Of a stretch of DNA of 64,000 nt, positions 55,031-64,000 are shown in pieces. Every line of letters starts with the position of its first letter. Position 1 is the stretch's first letter. Made by a program: the position numbers and the translations under genes. Below the pieces are notes generated by a model. It worked only from the letters and a program-made list of their open reading frames with translations. It did no database searches and was not told the origin of the DNA. Source of the DNA: Thermoprotei archaeon (GTDB lineage: Archaea > Thermoproteota > Thermoprotei > QMSL01 > B3-G16); the NCBI GenBank assembly GCA_021162845.1, contig JAGGXX010000054.1, positions 4,537 to 68,536 of the forward strand, written 5' to 3'.

Positions 55031-55480
55031 ATGAGAGGATCATTGCTTTGTGATACCATATGTGTCTGGGCTCTCTATTTTCGAGATTCAGCTTATCGTA
55101 AGCACGTACTTAAGTTGAGGTCGAGTAATCTACTGACAATACCTGATATATGCCTTATAGAGGCGTCCTACCCGATATATGAGGCTAAAGGTCTTGATGA
55201 GCTAAAGAGGTATTCTAGGTTTGTTGAGAACATAATCCTAGCACATAACATTAAGGTGTTGACCGTATCTTTAGAGGATCTAGCTAAAGCCTTAAATTTA
55301 GCTGTAGTCAACCCTGAGGTCTTTATAGATGAGGAGGGCAACCTATGCTTATTTGACGCATTGATAACCTCGATATGGATGAGGACTAATGTCCCTCTTG
55401 TTACGTCGGATAAGAGGCTCATAGAGTTCGGTGAGAGAAGGGGATTAAGTGTAATAAGGTTACGAAAGGCTAAAGTATAG
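55031..55480 (+). CDS. PIN-domain (VapC-like) ribonuclease
   Basis: Acidic residues in PIN positions: LLCDTICVWALYF (Asp near the N-terminus), ...LFDALITSIW... and ...VTSDKRL.... 149 aa. Confidence 0.55.
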   Translation: MRGSLLCDTICVWALYFRDSAYRKHVLKLRSSNLLTIPDICLIEASYPIYEAKGLDELKRYSRFVENIILAHNIKVLTVSLEDLAKALNLAVVNPEVFIDEEGNLCLFDALITSIWMRTNVPLVTSDKRLIEFGERRGLSVIRLRKAKV

Positions 55481-55709
55481 GAGTTACAATTCTTAAAATG
55501 ACTTTTAGACAAAATTGATTAGCTTTAAAGGCAAATTATGTGATAGCGTTTTAAGTTCTCTTTTTAAATCACTAGATAATGCGATATTCTGCGCTTAGTA
55601 ATAGGGAGAGGAACTTGTTTATAAGAGATGGTTACTATCGAATGGTCAGTAAAGCCATGCTATTTCATCTACTCAATTGAAACCTCCTTCATCATCCCCT
55701 AAGGATGAT

Positions 55710-56792
55710 TTAATCGCGTTTCCGTCTTTTAGGCATAACGGGCAGGGCTTTAGCTTGTTCAAGCGCAGAGATCAGAGCTATTAAGACTGAAGATGCCGCA
55801 TGATCTGTAGGTAAAGTAATGCCCGGAGCCACGTCTAGCACTAGCTTAGCGAAGCGGAAGATGCCTGTGGGTATGCCTTCCCTAGCCCCGATTAGCACGA
55901 ATACACGGTCATCCTTGAATATCTCTACTAAGACATCCGATACCTGGGATAGGGGAACGCCCCGTGTAGACGTTACTATTATATTTTCATGAGCCTTCTC
56001 CCTTACGAATTGATACAGGTCCTGCACGAATACTGGTACCTTATGGACAGCTCGTCCGTAACTCCTCTTCTGTATGTCATAACGGGAGTTAATGCCCTCG
56101 AATATGCCTTTAAGGAATTCCTTTAACTCGAAAGCCGGAATACGTTCCTTAGGAGCTATTATAAGCTCCTTTACCTCGAATGTTTGAACTGCACGACCTA
56201 TACGGATCCCCATGGCCCTAACAGCGTCAAGGGGCCCTAAGTAGGGCATTTGGACTATGGAGATCTTCCTTAATAGGGGGAGTACATATGACTTGCCAGG
56301 CCGCACCTTCTTCCATTCTAGACCACCATCAGTAAGGCTTATGTAAGCTACATCATGCATTATCTCGACCCAAATGACTTTATCAGGGGTCGTGAGGTCT
56401 ACATCGGCTCCCGTTACCCTCTGAACCTCAGAACCCACACGTACGTTAACGTCTATACTTGTGAAGGAATGAATTCCCCTACGGACGGTTCTAACAGCGA
56501 AAGAGGTATCCTTCGATATAAAATGTCGAGCTATATCCGCGCTCACCTTGGCTATTTCATTCGGATCTGCCTTAGCCATTCCATGAATAGGTAGGACCTT
56601 CTCGGCCTCTGGAACCTCATTCAATATCCTCCTTACAGCTTCGTCCTTGTCTATTCCCTCGCATCTGACTAGGACCACCCCGAGGAAACCATAAGGCTTA
56701 GGGAGCGCTCTGAGCCCACATATCTCCTCTATGCGGGAAGCCGCTATGTCCTCTAGTCTCCTAGGGGTCTTAACCAGTATGTCGGCCTTCAC
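55710..56792 (-). CDS. THUMP-like N-terminal domain fused to a SPOUT-class methyltransferase-like domain; putative tRNA methyltransferase
   Basis: N-terminal FAVRTVRRGIHSFTSIDVN...VDLTTPDKVIWVEI is a THUMP-like ending. C-terminal VFVLIGAREGIPTGIFRFAKLVLDVAPGITLPTDHAASSVLIALISAL resembles the Trm56/TrmD-type SPOUT knot region. Confidence 0.4.
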   Translation of the reverse strand: MKADILVKTPRRLEDIAASRIEEICGLRALPKPYGFLGVVLVRCEGIDKDEAVRRILNEVPEAEKVLPIHGMAKADPNEIAKVSADIARHFISKDTSFAVRTVRRGIHSFTSIDVNVRVGSEVQRVTGADVDLTTPDKVIWVEIMHDVAYISLTDGGLEWKKVRPGKSYVLPLLRKISIVQMPYLGPLDAVRAMGIRIGRAVQTFEVKELIIAPKERIPAFELKEFLKGIFEGINSRYDIQKRSYGRAVHKVPVFVQDLYQFVREKAHENIIVTSTRGVPLSQVSDVLVEIFKDDRVFVLIGAREGIPTGIFRFAKLVLDVAPGITLPTDHAASSVLIALISALEQAKALPVMPKRRKRD

Positions 56793-56848
56793 CTGTAACC
56801 CTAGGATTTAAGAGATGGAGTTCAATATTTGGTTAGCGGTCGAGGGAT

Positions 56849-57376
56849 ATGAGGCAACTATGGGCCCCATGGCGTATTAGGTATATACTAATGGAGAAGC
56901 CCAAGGGATGTATCTTCTGCATGAAGCAGAAAGAGAAGAACGACGAGGAGAACCTGATATTGTATAGGGGTGAGAGGTGCTTCATCATGCTGAACCTATA
57001 CCCATATAACAATGGCCATCTGATGATAGTGCCCTATAGACACGTCCCAAGCGTAGAAGACCTAAAGGTCACGGAAATACTGGAAATGGGGATGTTGACT
57101 AAGGCCTCCTTAAAGCTATTGAGACGTGTTTTAAGACCAGACGGCTTTAACGTGGGTTTCAACATAGGTAGGGTAGCGGGAGCTGGCATTGAGGAGCATG
57201 TACACATGCACATAGTGCCCAGATGGAATGGCGATACGAACTTCATGCCAGTAATAGGCGATACTAAGGTCATCTCAGAGGGCCTGAGGGAGACTTATAG
57301 CAAGCTGAAAAAAGAGATAAGCATTATAGAAGAAGTTATGAAGGAGTTAGAGGGCGAAGCGCATAAGAGAGCGTGA
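56849..57376 (+). CDS. HIT-family (histidine triad) hydrolase
   Basis: Histidine triad HVHMHIVPR. Confidence 0.8.
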   Translation: MRQLWAPWRIRYILMEKPKGCIFCMKQKEKNDEENLILYRGERCFIMLNLYPYNNGHLMIVPYRHVPSVEDLKVTEILEMGMLTKASLKLLRRVLRPDGFNVGFNIGRVAGAGIEEHVHMHIVPRWNGDTNFMPVIGDTKVISEGLRETYSKLKKEISIIEEVMKELEGEAHKRA

Positions 57377-57567
57377 TGGAATTCTTAGAGGAGGTGTACA
57401 TTACGAGCGAATAAGGAGGCATCCCCCTAATGATCGACGTTATCTTATGCACTGTAGTATATCTCATGAAAACTGATGCGAGTACTCTTATTAATGTCAT
57501 GACATAGTTTCCCTATTAGGGTCATGAAGAGGGGGCATGCTGGCTGAGTTTGTGATGTGACCTCCTC

Positions 57568-58407
57568 TCAGCTGAACCTCCTCAGTAACCCCTTGAGGAG
57601 GACTATATCCTCTTTGAAGACTCGCTTACAAGACTCCTTATCTCGAGGACTGATGGACTCATCCTCTAATGTTAGATCGCCATCATAACCAGCCTTATGC
57701 AGTATATCCAATATCCTATTGAAATCCAAGTCGCCTTTGCCTATAGGCGTCATCCTTACTTCCCTAGGCCGTCTTAGCTCTAATTTTCGCTCAGTAGTAG
57801 CATCCTTTATGTGAGTATGCTTAACCCTTGGCGCTAGCTCCTCATAGATCTCATAAATGATACTAACTGGATACCCGTACCAGTAATAATTGCCTGTATC
57901 TAGCGTTACCCCGAAACGCTGATCAGTAATCTCCTTTAACAGGTTACGGACGTAATTTAAGTTATTACCTATCACCCCGTGATTCTCTATAGCTAGGTGA
58001 ACGTCCTTGGATGCCCTAAGGACTTCGAGTACCCCTGAAACCGTTAACGATATATAATCCCTTATGGTATAGCCGGGTACTTCGCGCATTGGCGGGTTTA
58101 TTCTAATGATATGAACGTCCAGTGCTTCAGCGATCTTAACGACTTTCAGCAAATACTTAACTTCACCCGATAAACTCGGTCGCGAGAAGTCGTTTTTCGC
58201 TAAAATCGCACAAATAGAGATTTCATTTGATTCGAGGAACCTCCTGAGAGCACTAATTCCATCTGACGAAGATAGAGAGAAGCCTATGGGTGTACTGAGA
58301 TCCCTATCCACGCAAAGCTCGAAGCTATTTAGCTCTAAATCTCGAAGGGCCGATAATATATCGCCGTAAACAGCGACTACCGGAACATCTCTTACCGCTA
58401 CGAACAT
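57568..58407 (-). CDS. sugar phosphate isomerase/epimerase (xylose isomerase-like TIM barrel)
   Basis: Layout and motifs match the AP endonuclease 2/xylose isomerase-like TIM barrel (...AIENHG..., ...HIKDA...). Confidence 0.55.
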   Translation of the reverse strand: MFVAVRDVPVVAVYGDILSALRDLELNSFELCVDRDLSTPIGFSLSSSDGISALRRFLESNEISICAILAKNDFSRPSLSGEVKYLLKVVKIAEALDVHIIRINPPMREVPGYTIRDYISLTVSGVLEVLRASKDVHLAIENHGVIGNNLNYVRNLLKEITDQRFGVTLDTGNYYWYGYPVSIIYEIYEELAPRVKHTHIKDATTERKLELRRPREVRMTPIGKGDLDFNRILDILHKAGYDGDLTLEDESISPRDKESCKRVFKEDIVLLKGLLRRFS

Positions 58408-58423
58408 TGCGCGCGACCCCAGC

Positions 58424-58870
58424 TCATTCTATTTTTATGGAGACCTTCTTCGGTACTTCAGCCTTTGGAAGTTCGACCACTAGGATTCCATCCTGGTAGC
58501 GTGCTTTAGTTTCCTCGGGCTTTATCTTGTCAGGCAAGCGGATCGTCCTATTGTAAGCCCTATGGATTATCTCCTTAGATATGAGGCGAGCTCCTTTTAC
58601 GTCGACGGGCCTGACCTCACCTCGTATCTCAAGCATATCTTCACTTGCGTTTAGGATCAGCTTATCCTTGGGGACACCTGGTATTTCTACTATGACTAAG
58701 TATTTATCCTCAGCCTCATATACGTCAACTAAGGGTTCTTTAATTGATCTCTCCCTTCCTCGGATTACAGGACGAACCCAGGGTTCGAAGGATTCTAAGA
58801 ATCGTTCCATATCACTAGCTAGGCGGGAGATCTCCCTCTGAATACGCCTAAAGTCCTCAGAAAAACTCAT
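58424..58870 (-). CDS. hsp20: Hsp20/alpha-crystallin family small heat shock protein
   Basis: Alpha-crystallin domain with ...YQDGILVVELPK.... It lies 35 bp downstream of reverse gyrase on the same strand. Confidence 0.8.
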   Translation of the reverse strand: MSFSEDFRRIQREISRLASDMERFLESFEPWVRPVIRGRERSIKEPLVDVYEAEDKYLVIVEIPGVPKDKLILNASEDMLEIRGEVRPVDVKGARLISKEIIHRAYNRTIRLPDKIKPEETKARYQDGILVVELPKAEVPKKVSIKIE

Positions 58871-58905
58871 CAGGCTATCACCCCTTTAAAAGGTTAGGCA
58901 TTCAG

Positions 58906-61900
58906 CTAAATATCTTTTCCCACTTCACGAATGAGCTTGACCCTATCCTTTACCTCGCGATATAATTCCTTGATCACTTCTTGATAATCAGCCTTGCCTA
59001 GCTCTATTACGTCCATGAGTTTTTCTAACTTACGGGTGCGCTCTTCAGAGACGAGATCTTTGTAATTAGTTGATAGATATTTATAGACCTCTATGCCTAA
59101 TTTCGTCGGTATAAGCCTGCGTCTTTTCTGCGATTCAATTACGTACTTGCGCTCGATGAGCGTACGTATTATCTTGGCATAAGTAGATGGTCTACCTATG
59201 CCCCTTCTCTTCATAAGATCAACGACATCGCCTTGGCTAAATAACATCACACTTGGGAGCTTCGCGTGTGTGGCTTCTACTATCCGTAGCCTATCGCCTT
59301 TCTTCATCTCAGGGATGAAGAGGGACTCCTCTATAGGATAAACCCTCGAGAACCCATCGTATATCACCTTGGTTATACCTGTGACCTCCTTCTGTATATC
59401 GCCTATCTTGAGAAGGGTCTTGAGCCGTAAGACCTTAGCTGACTTCATTTGACTAGCCAGGAAGCGACGGAATATCATATCATAGAGCCTATAGTGAAGC
59501 CAGGTAAGCGGGCGGGGTGTTCTAATTATGCCATCGCGTATTAGCTGGGCTAGCTTATCTACATCAAGGGGACGAGTAGGGCGAATGCATTCATGTGCTC
59601 CACCGGTACCCCAGTCTCTACCTTGATAGTACTCCTCACCTAAGGATTCCCTGATGTACTCCTTCGCTATCATCATGCCTACCGCTGAGACCCTCGTGCT
59701 GTCAGTCCTATGATATGTGATTAAACCGAACTCGAATAGGTCTTGAGCGAGTGACATAGTCCTCGCTACATCCATTCCCAATCTAGATGACGCCTCTCTT
59801 AGTAAAGCATCTGTCGTAAAGGGCGGTGGAGGGTTTATCGTGGCTTCATGGATCTCAGCATCGACTACCACGCACTCGGATCCCTGAAGCTCCTTTACGA
59901 ACTCCTTAAGAGGTTTTTCCACGTATACGTCTTTAAGCATAAGCCTAAGGCCGTTTTCCAGCGTTATGTATATGTGATCCGCTATGCTATCCCTATGTTC
60001 ATTATAACGTTGGATTATCCAACCTAGGACAGGCGTCTGAACTCTACCAGCGGATAATCGCCTACTTTTGAACTGCTCCCATAATTCCTCGCTGAGGGCG
60101 AAGCCTATCCACCTATCCTCAAGCCTACGGACTATTTGCGCCTCTACTAAACGTTCATCTATATCCCTAGGGTTCTTAAGGGCTTCGAGGATGGCACGCT
60201 TTGTGATCTCATGGAATTCGATGCGCCTTATGTAGCTAGTATAGGGCTTTATCACAGTGGCTATATCCCAGCCTATCTTCTCGCCCTCTGTATCAGGATC
60301 CGTTCCTATCAGAATTATGTCGACCTCACGGGCTAGGTCCCTAAGCGTGTAAACGACTTCAGCCTTATCGGTGAATTCGGTGGACTTACATAGGGGGCAT
60401 GCGTCCAGACCCACGAATTGTTCACCACAGTTCGCACATCGCCTTATGGTCGAGTATACTGGTACGAAGCGCTTGTCTATGATCCTAGTGCCATAAAAGT
60501 CCTCTGGAGTTAACACTAAGTCGAACACGTGACCGCCACTAGCTATTATCGAGAGCATGTAAGTGCCAGTACTAGTCTCGTATACCACATAACGACCGAT
60601 CCTCCTAAGGGAGGGCCTGCCGAAGAAGCTAGCAATAGTTCTGGCCTTACTAGGCGACTCTACGATCATCAACGCGCTTTTCACGGGATCCTTGAATTCC
60701 ACCTTGATCTTTCCGGCCAGTAGGTCGCTAATTATGCGTCTATCGCGGTCTATCTCATTTATAAGAGATCTAACATCAACTTCCTCTAGAGATCTCCATG
60801 AAATATCTTCTATGAACCAACGGGTCTTCCTAACTAAGCCTTGAAAGACCTTATCGTTATCAATTATGACTATGGAGGCTCCCTTTGATATACCTCCTGC
60901 GAACATCCTAGAGGTACGTCCGCTGGCCTGTATGTACGTCATGGTATCTGGGACTATGACCCGCAAGGTGCCCTCCACTTCCTCTAATAAGATGTAGGGA
61001 CTTTCCTGGATCTTCTTCTTTACATCCTCACGTGCTAATAACTCACATACCTTATGATAGCCGAGTAGAAATAGCTCTTGGGCTTTGCCTAATGTACCCT
61101 TTAATTTAGTACCTTCTTCTATCGCCTTTCTGATCTCGGCTACTCTATTAGGCGGAAGTTCTCTTAGATACCGCATTATGCGCACGAAGAGTTTATCCAC
61201 TTCATCACGCTCCTTGCCCTCAAGATAATCCCTTAAGTCGAATAACAGCGAGGCAATCCTGAAGGGATGCACTTCCTTAGCCTCTAGGCTGAAACGTAAC
61301 TTAGGAACACCTACGAATACCGCGTAACGTATCCTCTGTGGAAGATCAAGCCCTCTAACTAATAACCCATAGTACGTAGCAACTCCGACCAGCACATCGA
61401 CTTCGCCCCTGAGAAACCTCTCTATCTGGTCACCCTTCTTTGATGAGACCACTACCTCAGCCCTGACACCATGTTGGTTTAAGAACTCAGAGAGCTCCTC
61501 TGCATAACTTGCTCCCTTATCTATTGGTACGAATACTAGCCCACCATCACCGAATAGCCTTATGATCCTTAAGACCTCCTTCTCAATATCCTCCTTAGGC
61601 TTATGGTAAATGTCCTCGATGTTCCTGATGAGCTCGGATCTACTGCCTGCTTCGAAGCCTAACAGTTCTCGAAATAGCCTAACCCTAAGACCCCTAGCCC
61701 TACCGGTAGCGCTGGATACGACCAATACGCCTAGATCCCGCTTACTTAAGGACTCCTTAATCTCCCTCTCAAGTTTTCGTATATTTGAAACTGCTTCCTC
61801 TAGCTTTACCTTATAGGACTCGTCCTGTCTAGCGAACGTGATTAAGAAGGGAATGCTTCTCCTCAACCTTATGAGCTCAAGCCCTAGTTCTATTAAATTC

Positions 61901-62634
61901 TCATCCGCACCTAACAATATTAGAACTCTATCTATATTCCTAGATGACTTAAGAAGCGCATCTACGTCATCAACAAATATGAAGTCGAATCGTACGTTCC
62001 TTAGCTTATCGAAGTTCCTTGCAAGGAACTGCGATGTGGTGATAAGCACTTGGAAGTCGCCTGCCCTCATTTTCTCAATGAAATTGGCCCTTCCATTCTT
62101 TAGGAGGGCAGGGTGGTACGCTAATATCTCCACATTAATCTCGGCCTTGGAGGCTAAATCGCGCATCCTCTCGAAAACCTGTCGGACGAGCACTGTTGTT
62201 GGAAGTAACATGTAGCACCTTTTCCCTTTAGATGCTAAGTACAACGAAATCAGCATTCCAAACATAGTCTTGCCGACCCCGGTAGGCGCTATTATGGCAA
62301 AGCTTCTGCCCTTTAGGACCCTCTTAGCCCATGTCCGTTGTGCACTCCATAGGCGGCTGCCCGTCACCTTATTGAATAGCTTGTCTAATTCGGAGAGTTC
62401 TAAATCCAGTTTAATGGTGTCCTCATAGTCCTTAAGAGATCCTAACTCCTTCAGGGCATCTCTAACCTTGAGCTTGAAAGCCAAAGGAGTTAATTCAGCA
62501 TAAGCCTTCAGCAGCTCCCTAGCCTTATCCTCGGGTAAGCACCTTCGACAAGGAAGGGAATGCAGGAGCCTATCATCAGCTATCTCGCCTCCGCAGTTAG
62601 GACACGCGTTAAGGAATATCGCGCGTATCATCAT
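58906..62634 (-). CDS. rgy: reverse gyrase (N-terminal SF2 helicase-like domain with zinc finger fused to type IA topoisomerase)
   Basis: N-terminal Zn finger CPNCGGEI...CRRC. Helicase motif I IIAPTGVGKT. DEAD-like DFIFVDDVD. C-terminal topo IA module with TOPRIM (ESPSKA), a second Zn finger CANCGEQF...CPLC, and the active-site Tyr region. 1242 aa. Confidence 0.95.
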   Translation of the reverse strand: MMIRAIFLNACPNCGGEIADDRLLHSLPCRRCLPEDKARELLKAYAELTPLAFKLKVRDALKELGSLKDYEDTIKLDLELSELDKLFNKVTGSRLWSAQRTWAKRVLKGRSFAIIAPTGVGKTMFGMLISLYLASKGKRCYMLLPTTVLVRQVFERMRDLASKAEINVEILAYHPALLKNGRANFIEKMRAGDFQVLITTSQFLARNFDKLRNVRFDFIFVDDVDALLKSSRNIDRVLILLGADENLIELGLELIRLRRSIPFLITFARQDESYKVKLEEAVSNIRKLEREIKESLSKRDLGVLVVSSATGRARGLRVRLFRELLGFEAGSRSELIRNIEDIYHKPKEDIEKEVLRIIRLFGDGGLVFVPIDKGASYAEELSEFLNQHGVRAEVVVSSKKGDQIERFLRGEVDVLVGVATYYGLLVRGLDLPQRIRYAVFVGVPKLRFSLEAKEVHPFRIASLLFDLRDYLEGKERDEVDKLFVRIMRYLRELPPNRVAEIRKAIEEGTKLKGTLGKAQELFLLGYHKVCELLAREDVKKKIQESPYILLEEVEGTLRVIVPDTMTYIQASGRTSRMFAGGISKGASIVIIDNDKVFQGLVRKTRWFIEDISWRSLEEVDVRSLINEIDRDRRIISDLLAGKIKVEFKDPVKSALMIVESPSKARTIASFFGRPSLRRIGRYVVYETSTGTYMLSIIASGGHVFDLVLTPEDFYGTRIIDKRFVPVYSTIRRCANCGEQFVGLDACPLCKSTEFTDKAEVVYTLRDLAREVDIILIGTDPDTEGEKIGWDIATVIKPYTSYIRRIEFHEITKRAILEALKNPRDIDERLVEAQIVRRLEDRWIGFALSEELWEQFKSRRLSAGRVQTPVLGWIIQRYNEHRDSIADHIYITLENGLRLMLKDVYVEKPLKEFVKELQGSECVVVDAEIHEATINPPPPFTTDALLREASSRLGMDVARTMSLAQDLFEFGLITYHRTDSTRVSAVGMMIAKEYIRESLGEEYYQGRDWGTGGAHECIRPTRPLDVDKLAQLIRDGIIRTPRPLTWLHYRLYDMIFRRFLASQMKSAKVLRLKTLLKIGDIQKEVTGITKVIYDGFSRVYPIEESLFIPEMKKGDRLRIVEATHAKLPSVMLFSQGDVVDLMKRRGIGRPSTYAKIIRTLIERKYVIESQKRRRLIPTKLGIEVYKYLSTNYKDLVSEERTRKLEKLMDVIELGKADYQEVIKELYREVKDRVKLIREVGKDI

Positions 62635-62750
62635 ATACTACCTCGGATAGACCAGCTCGTTTGGATTACGCGAGGGGAACTATATTAAGCTGATCCCTCA
62701 GAACTATGACAAAATATAAATGATGTAGGAGGCAAAACACGTGAGTCACG

Positions 62751-64000
62751 TTAAATATGTCCGGAGTATCTAGCCCAGCGGTATACAGCGGCTAAGGCTG
62801 ATACAGCCCTCTCAGGTGTCGGATAGGTTGGAATGCCCTCACGCTCAAGCTTTCTCATGGCTTTGTCGCTAGCTTCCCCGCCTACGAAATTCACGACTAC
62901 AGGCTTCTTCTCCTTAGCATTATGATAGGCATCTATTATCACGTCAGCTAGAAGTACGGGATCCGTGATTATAGTTTCGCAGTAAAGCAATATCACGCTA
63001 TGTACCCTTGGATCCCTCAGCGCTTCCTCGAAAGCCCCTCTATAGGCCTCCTCACTAGCCTGCCCTGTGAGATCTACTGGATTCTTGGGGCTTCCGAAAG
63101 GCGGCATGTACTTTCTAAAGGCTTCCATGAGATCCTCTGGCATATCTAGGAGCTTTACATCGTACTCTTCACATGCATCCGTAGCAAGTACACCGACGCC
63201 CCCACCATTAGTAAGTATAATGGCATTTTCTCCCTTAGGTGGAGGTAGCTTGGATAGAGCTCTAGCCCAATCGAACGCCTCCTCGAAGCTTATAGCACGA
63301 AGTACACCCGATTGACGAAAAGCTACCGAATATATAACATCACTTCCTGCTAAAGAGCCCGTGTGAGAAGCAACTGCTTTAGCTCCCTTTTCGCTTCTAC
63401 CAGCCTTTATGACTATTATCGGCTTATTCTTGGAGACCTTCTTCGCTATGTCCATAAAGCGCCTTCCATCCTTAATCCCCTCCATGTAAATTAATATCAC
63501 CCTGGTGTTGGGGTCCGCATTAAAGTATTCTAGGAGATCGGCATCGTCTATATCAGCTTTGTTGCCCAGACTGACCACAGCCGAGAGGCCTATTCCCTCT
63601 AGTATCGTCCACCCCATTAATGCGATACCAAGCGCACCGCTCTGTGATAGGAAAGCTATGTTACCAGGGAGGACATCCCTAGGCCCAAAAGAGGCGTTAA
63701 GCCTAGTTGGCGTATATACTAGGCCGAAGATATTAGGTCCTAGAAGTCGCATGCCGTACTTCCTAGCTATATCTACTATCTCCTTCTCTAATTCGACATT
63801 GCCTATTTCACCGAAGCCAGAGCTTATGACAGCAACGTTTTTCACACCTTTTTCACCGCACTCCTTTAGTACCGCTGGAACGAGTTTAGCGGGAACGGAG
63901 ATTACTGCTAAGTCAACTCTTCCAGGCACGTCGAGTATCGACTTATAGCATTTTAAACCCAGTATTTCCTCAGCCTTCGGGTTCACGGGGTAGATCTTCC
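62751..64000 (-). CDS. acdA: acetyl-CoA synthetase (ADP-forming) alpha subunit; N-terminus runs off the window end
   Basis: CoA-binding/ligase-CoA domains (...GPNIFGLVYTPTRLNASFGP..., ...SHTGSLAGSD...). The reading frame continues past 63986 to position 64000 without a start. Confidence 0.7.
   Translation of the reverse strand, partial: KIYPVNPKAEEILGLKCYKSILDVPGRVDLAVISVPAKLVPAVLKECGEKGVKNVAVISSGFGEIGNVELEKEIVDIARKYGMRLLGPNIFGLVYTPTRLNASFGPRDVLPGNIAFLSQSGALGIALMGWTILEGIGLSAVVSLGNKADIDDADLLEYFNADPNTRVILIYMEGIKDGRRFMDIAKKVSKNKPIIVIKAGRSEKGAKAVASHTGSLAGSDVIYSVAFRQSGVLRAISFEEAFDWARALSKLPPPKGENAIILTNGGGVGVLATDACEEYDVKLLDMPEDLMEAFRKYMPPFGSPKNPVDLTGQASEEAYRGAFEEALRDPRVHSVILLYCETIITDPVLLADVIIDAYHNAKEKKPVVVNFVGGEASDKAMRKLEREGIPTYPTPERAVSALAAVYRWARYSGHI

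Noticed and set aside
54725-55480. classical co-directional vapBC operon
   Set aside because: The two genes are on opposite strands (head-to-head). The arrangement is therefore reported as an atypical divergent pair, not called as a standard toxin-antitoxin operon.
1-64000. CRISPR arrays, rRNA genes, IS elements or transposases
   Set aside because: No regularly spaced short direct repeats, no rRNA-like conserved stretches and no transposase-like ORFs were seen anywhere in the window.

Overview
This 64 kb window is archaeal and most likely comes from a hyperthermophilic member of the Thermoproteota (Crenarchaeota). The clearest sign is a full-length single-polypeptide reverse gyrase. Other archaeal markers are Hjc, archaeal-type iPGM (ApgM), TmcA, Elp3 and an intron-containing class II tRNA. 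Genes are densely packed, with many overlapping or translationally coupled starts, several of them TTG or GTG. I support about 55 CDS, one tRNA (tRNA-Ser with a short anticodon-loop intron), no rRNA and no CRISPR. Recognisable housekeeping content includes glnA, guaA, an IMPDH-family gene, adenine deaminase, apgM, NAD kinase, an ADP-forming acetyl-CoA synthetase alpha subunit (truncated at the window end), MobB (truncated at the window start), a DtxR-feoAB iron-uptake operon and a pair of heterodimeric ABC exporter genes. Less ordinary content falls into five groups. (1) A two-gene module: a large secreted coiled-coil stalk surface glycoprotein followed by a HerA/DUF853-like P-loop ATPase carrying a coiled coil and a tandem array of 15-aa Cys3His zinc-knuckle repeats. 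(2) A five-gene overlapping operon: two zinc-ribbon proteins, an atypical Bud32/RIO-like kinase, a Trm9-like methyltransferase and Elp3, close to the tRNA acetyltransferase TmcA. (3) A winged-HTH regulator plus Hsp20 operon preceded by two tandem copies of a perfect 14-bp palindrome. (4) A visibly AT-richer segment downstream of tRNA-Ser carrying a Cys-type sulfatase, an arylsulfotransferase-like beta-propeller protein, MscS and hypotheticals, bounded by related short repeats. (5) Several unusual fusions and arrangements: NAD kinase fused to a wHTH, an HTH-PRTase, a divergent AbrB-like/PIN pair sharing an inverted-repeat operator, and an MtrH-family methyltransferase in a non-methanogen context. 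The two ABC paralogs carry a perfectly identical 94-bp stretch at their 3' ends. All calls rest on motif recognition by eye. No database searches or numerical computations were run.
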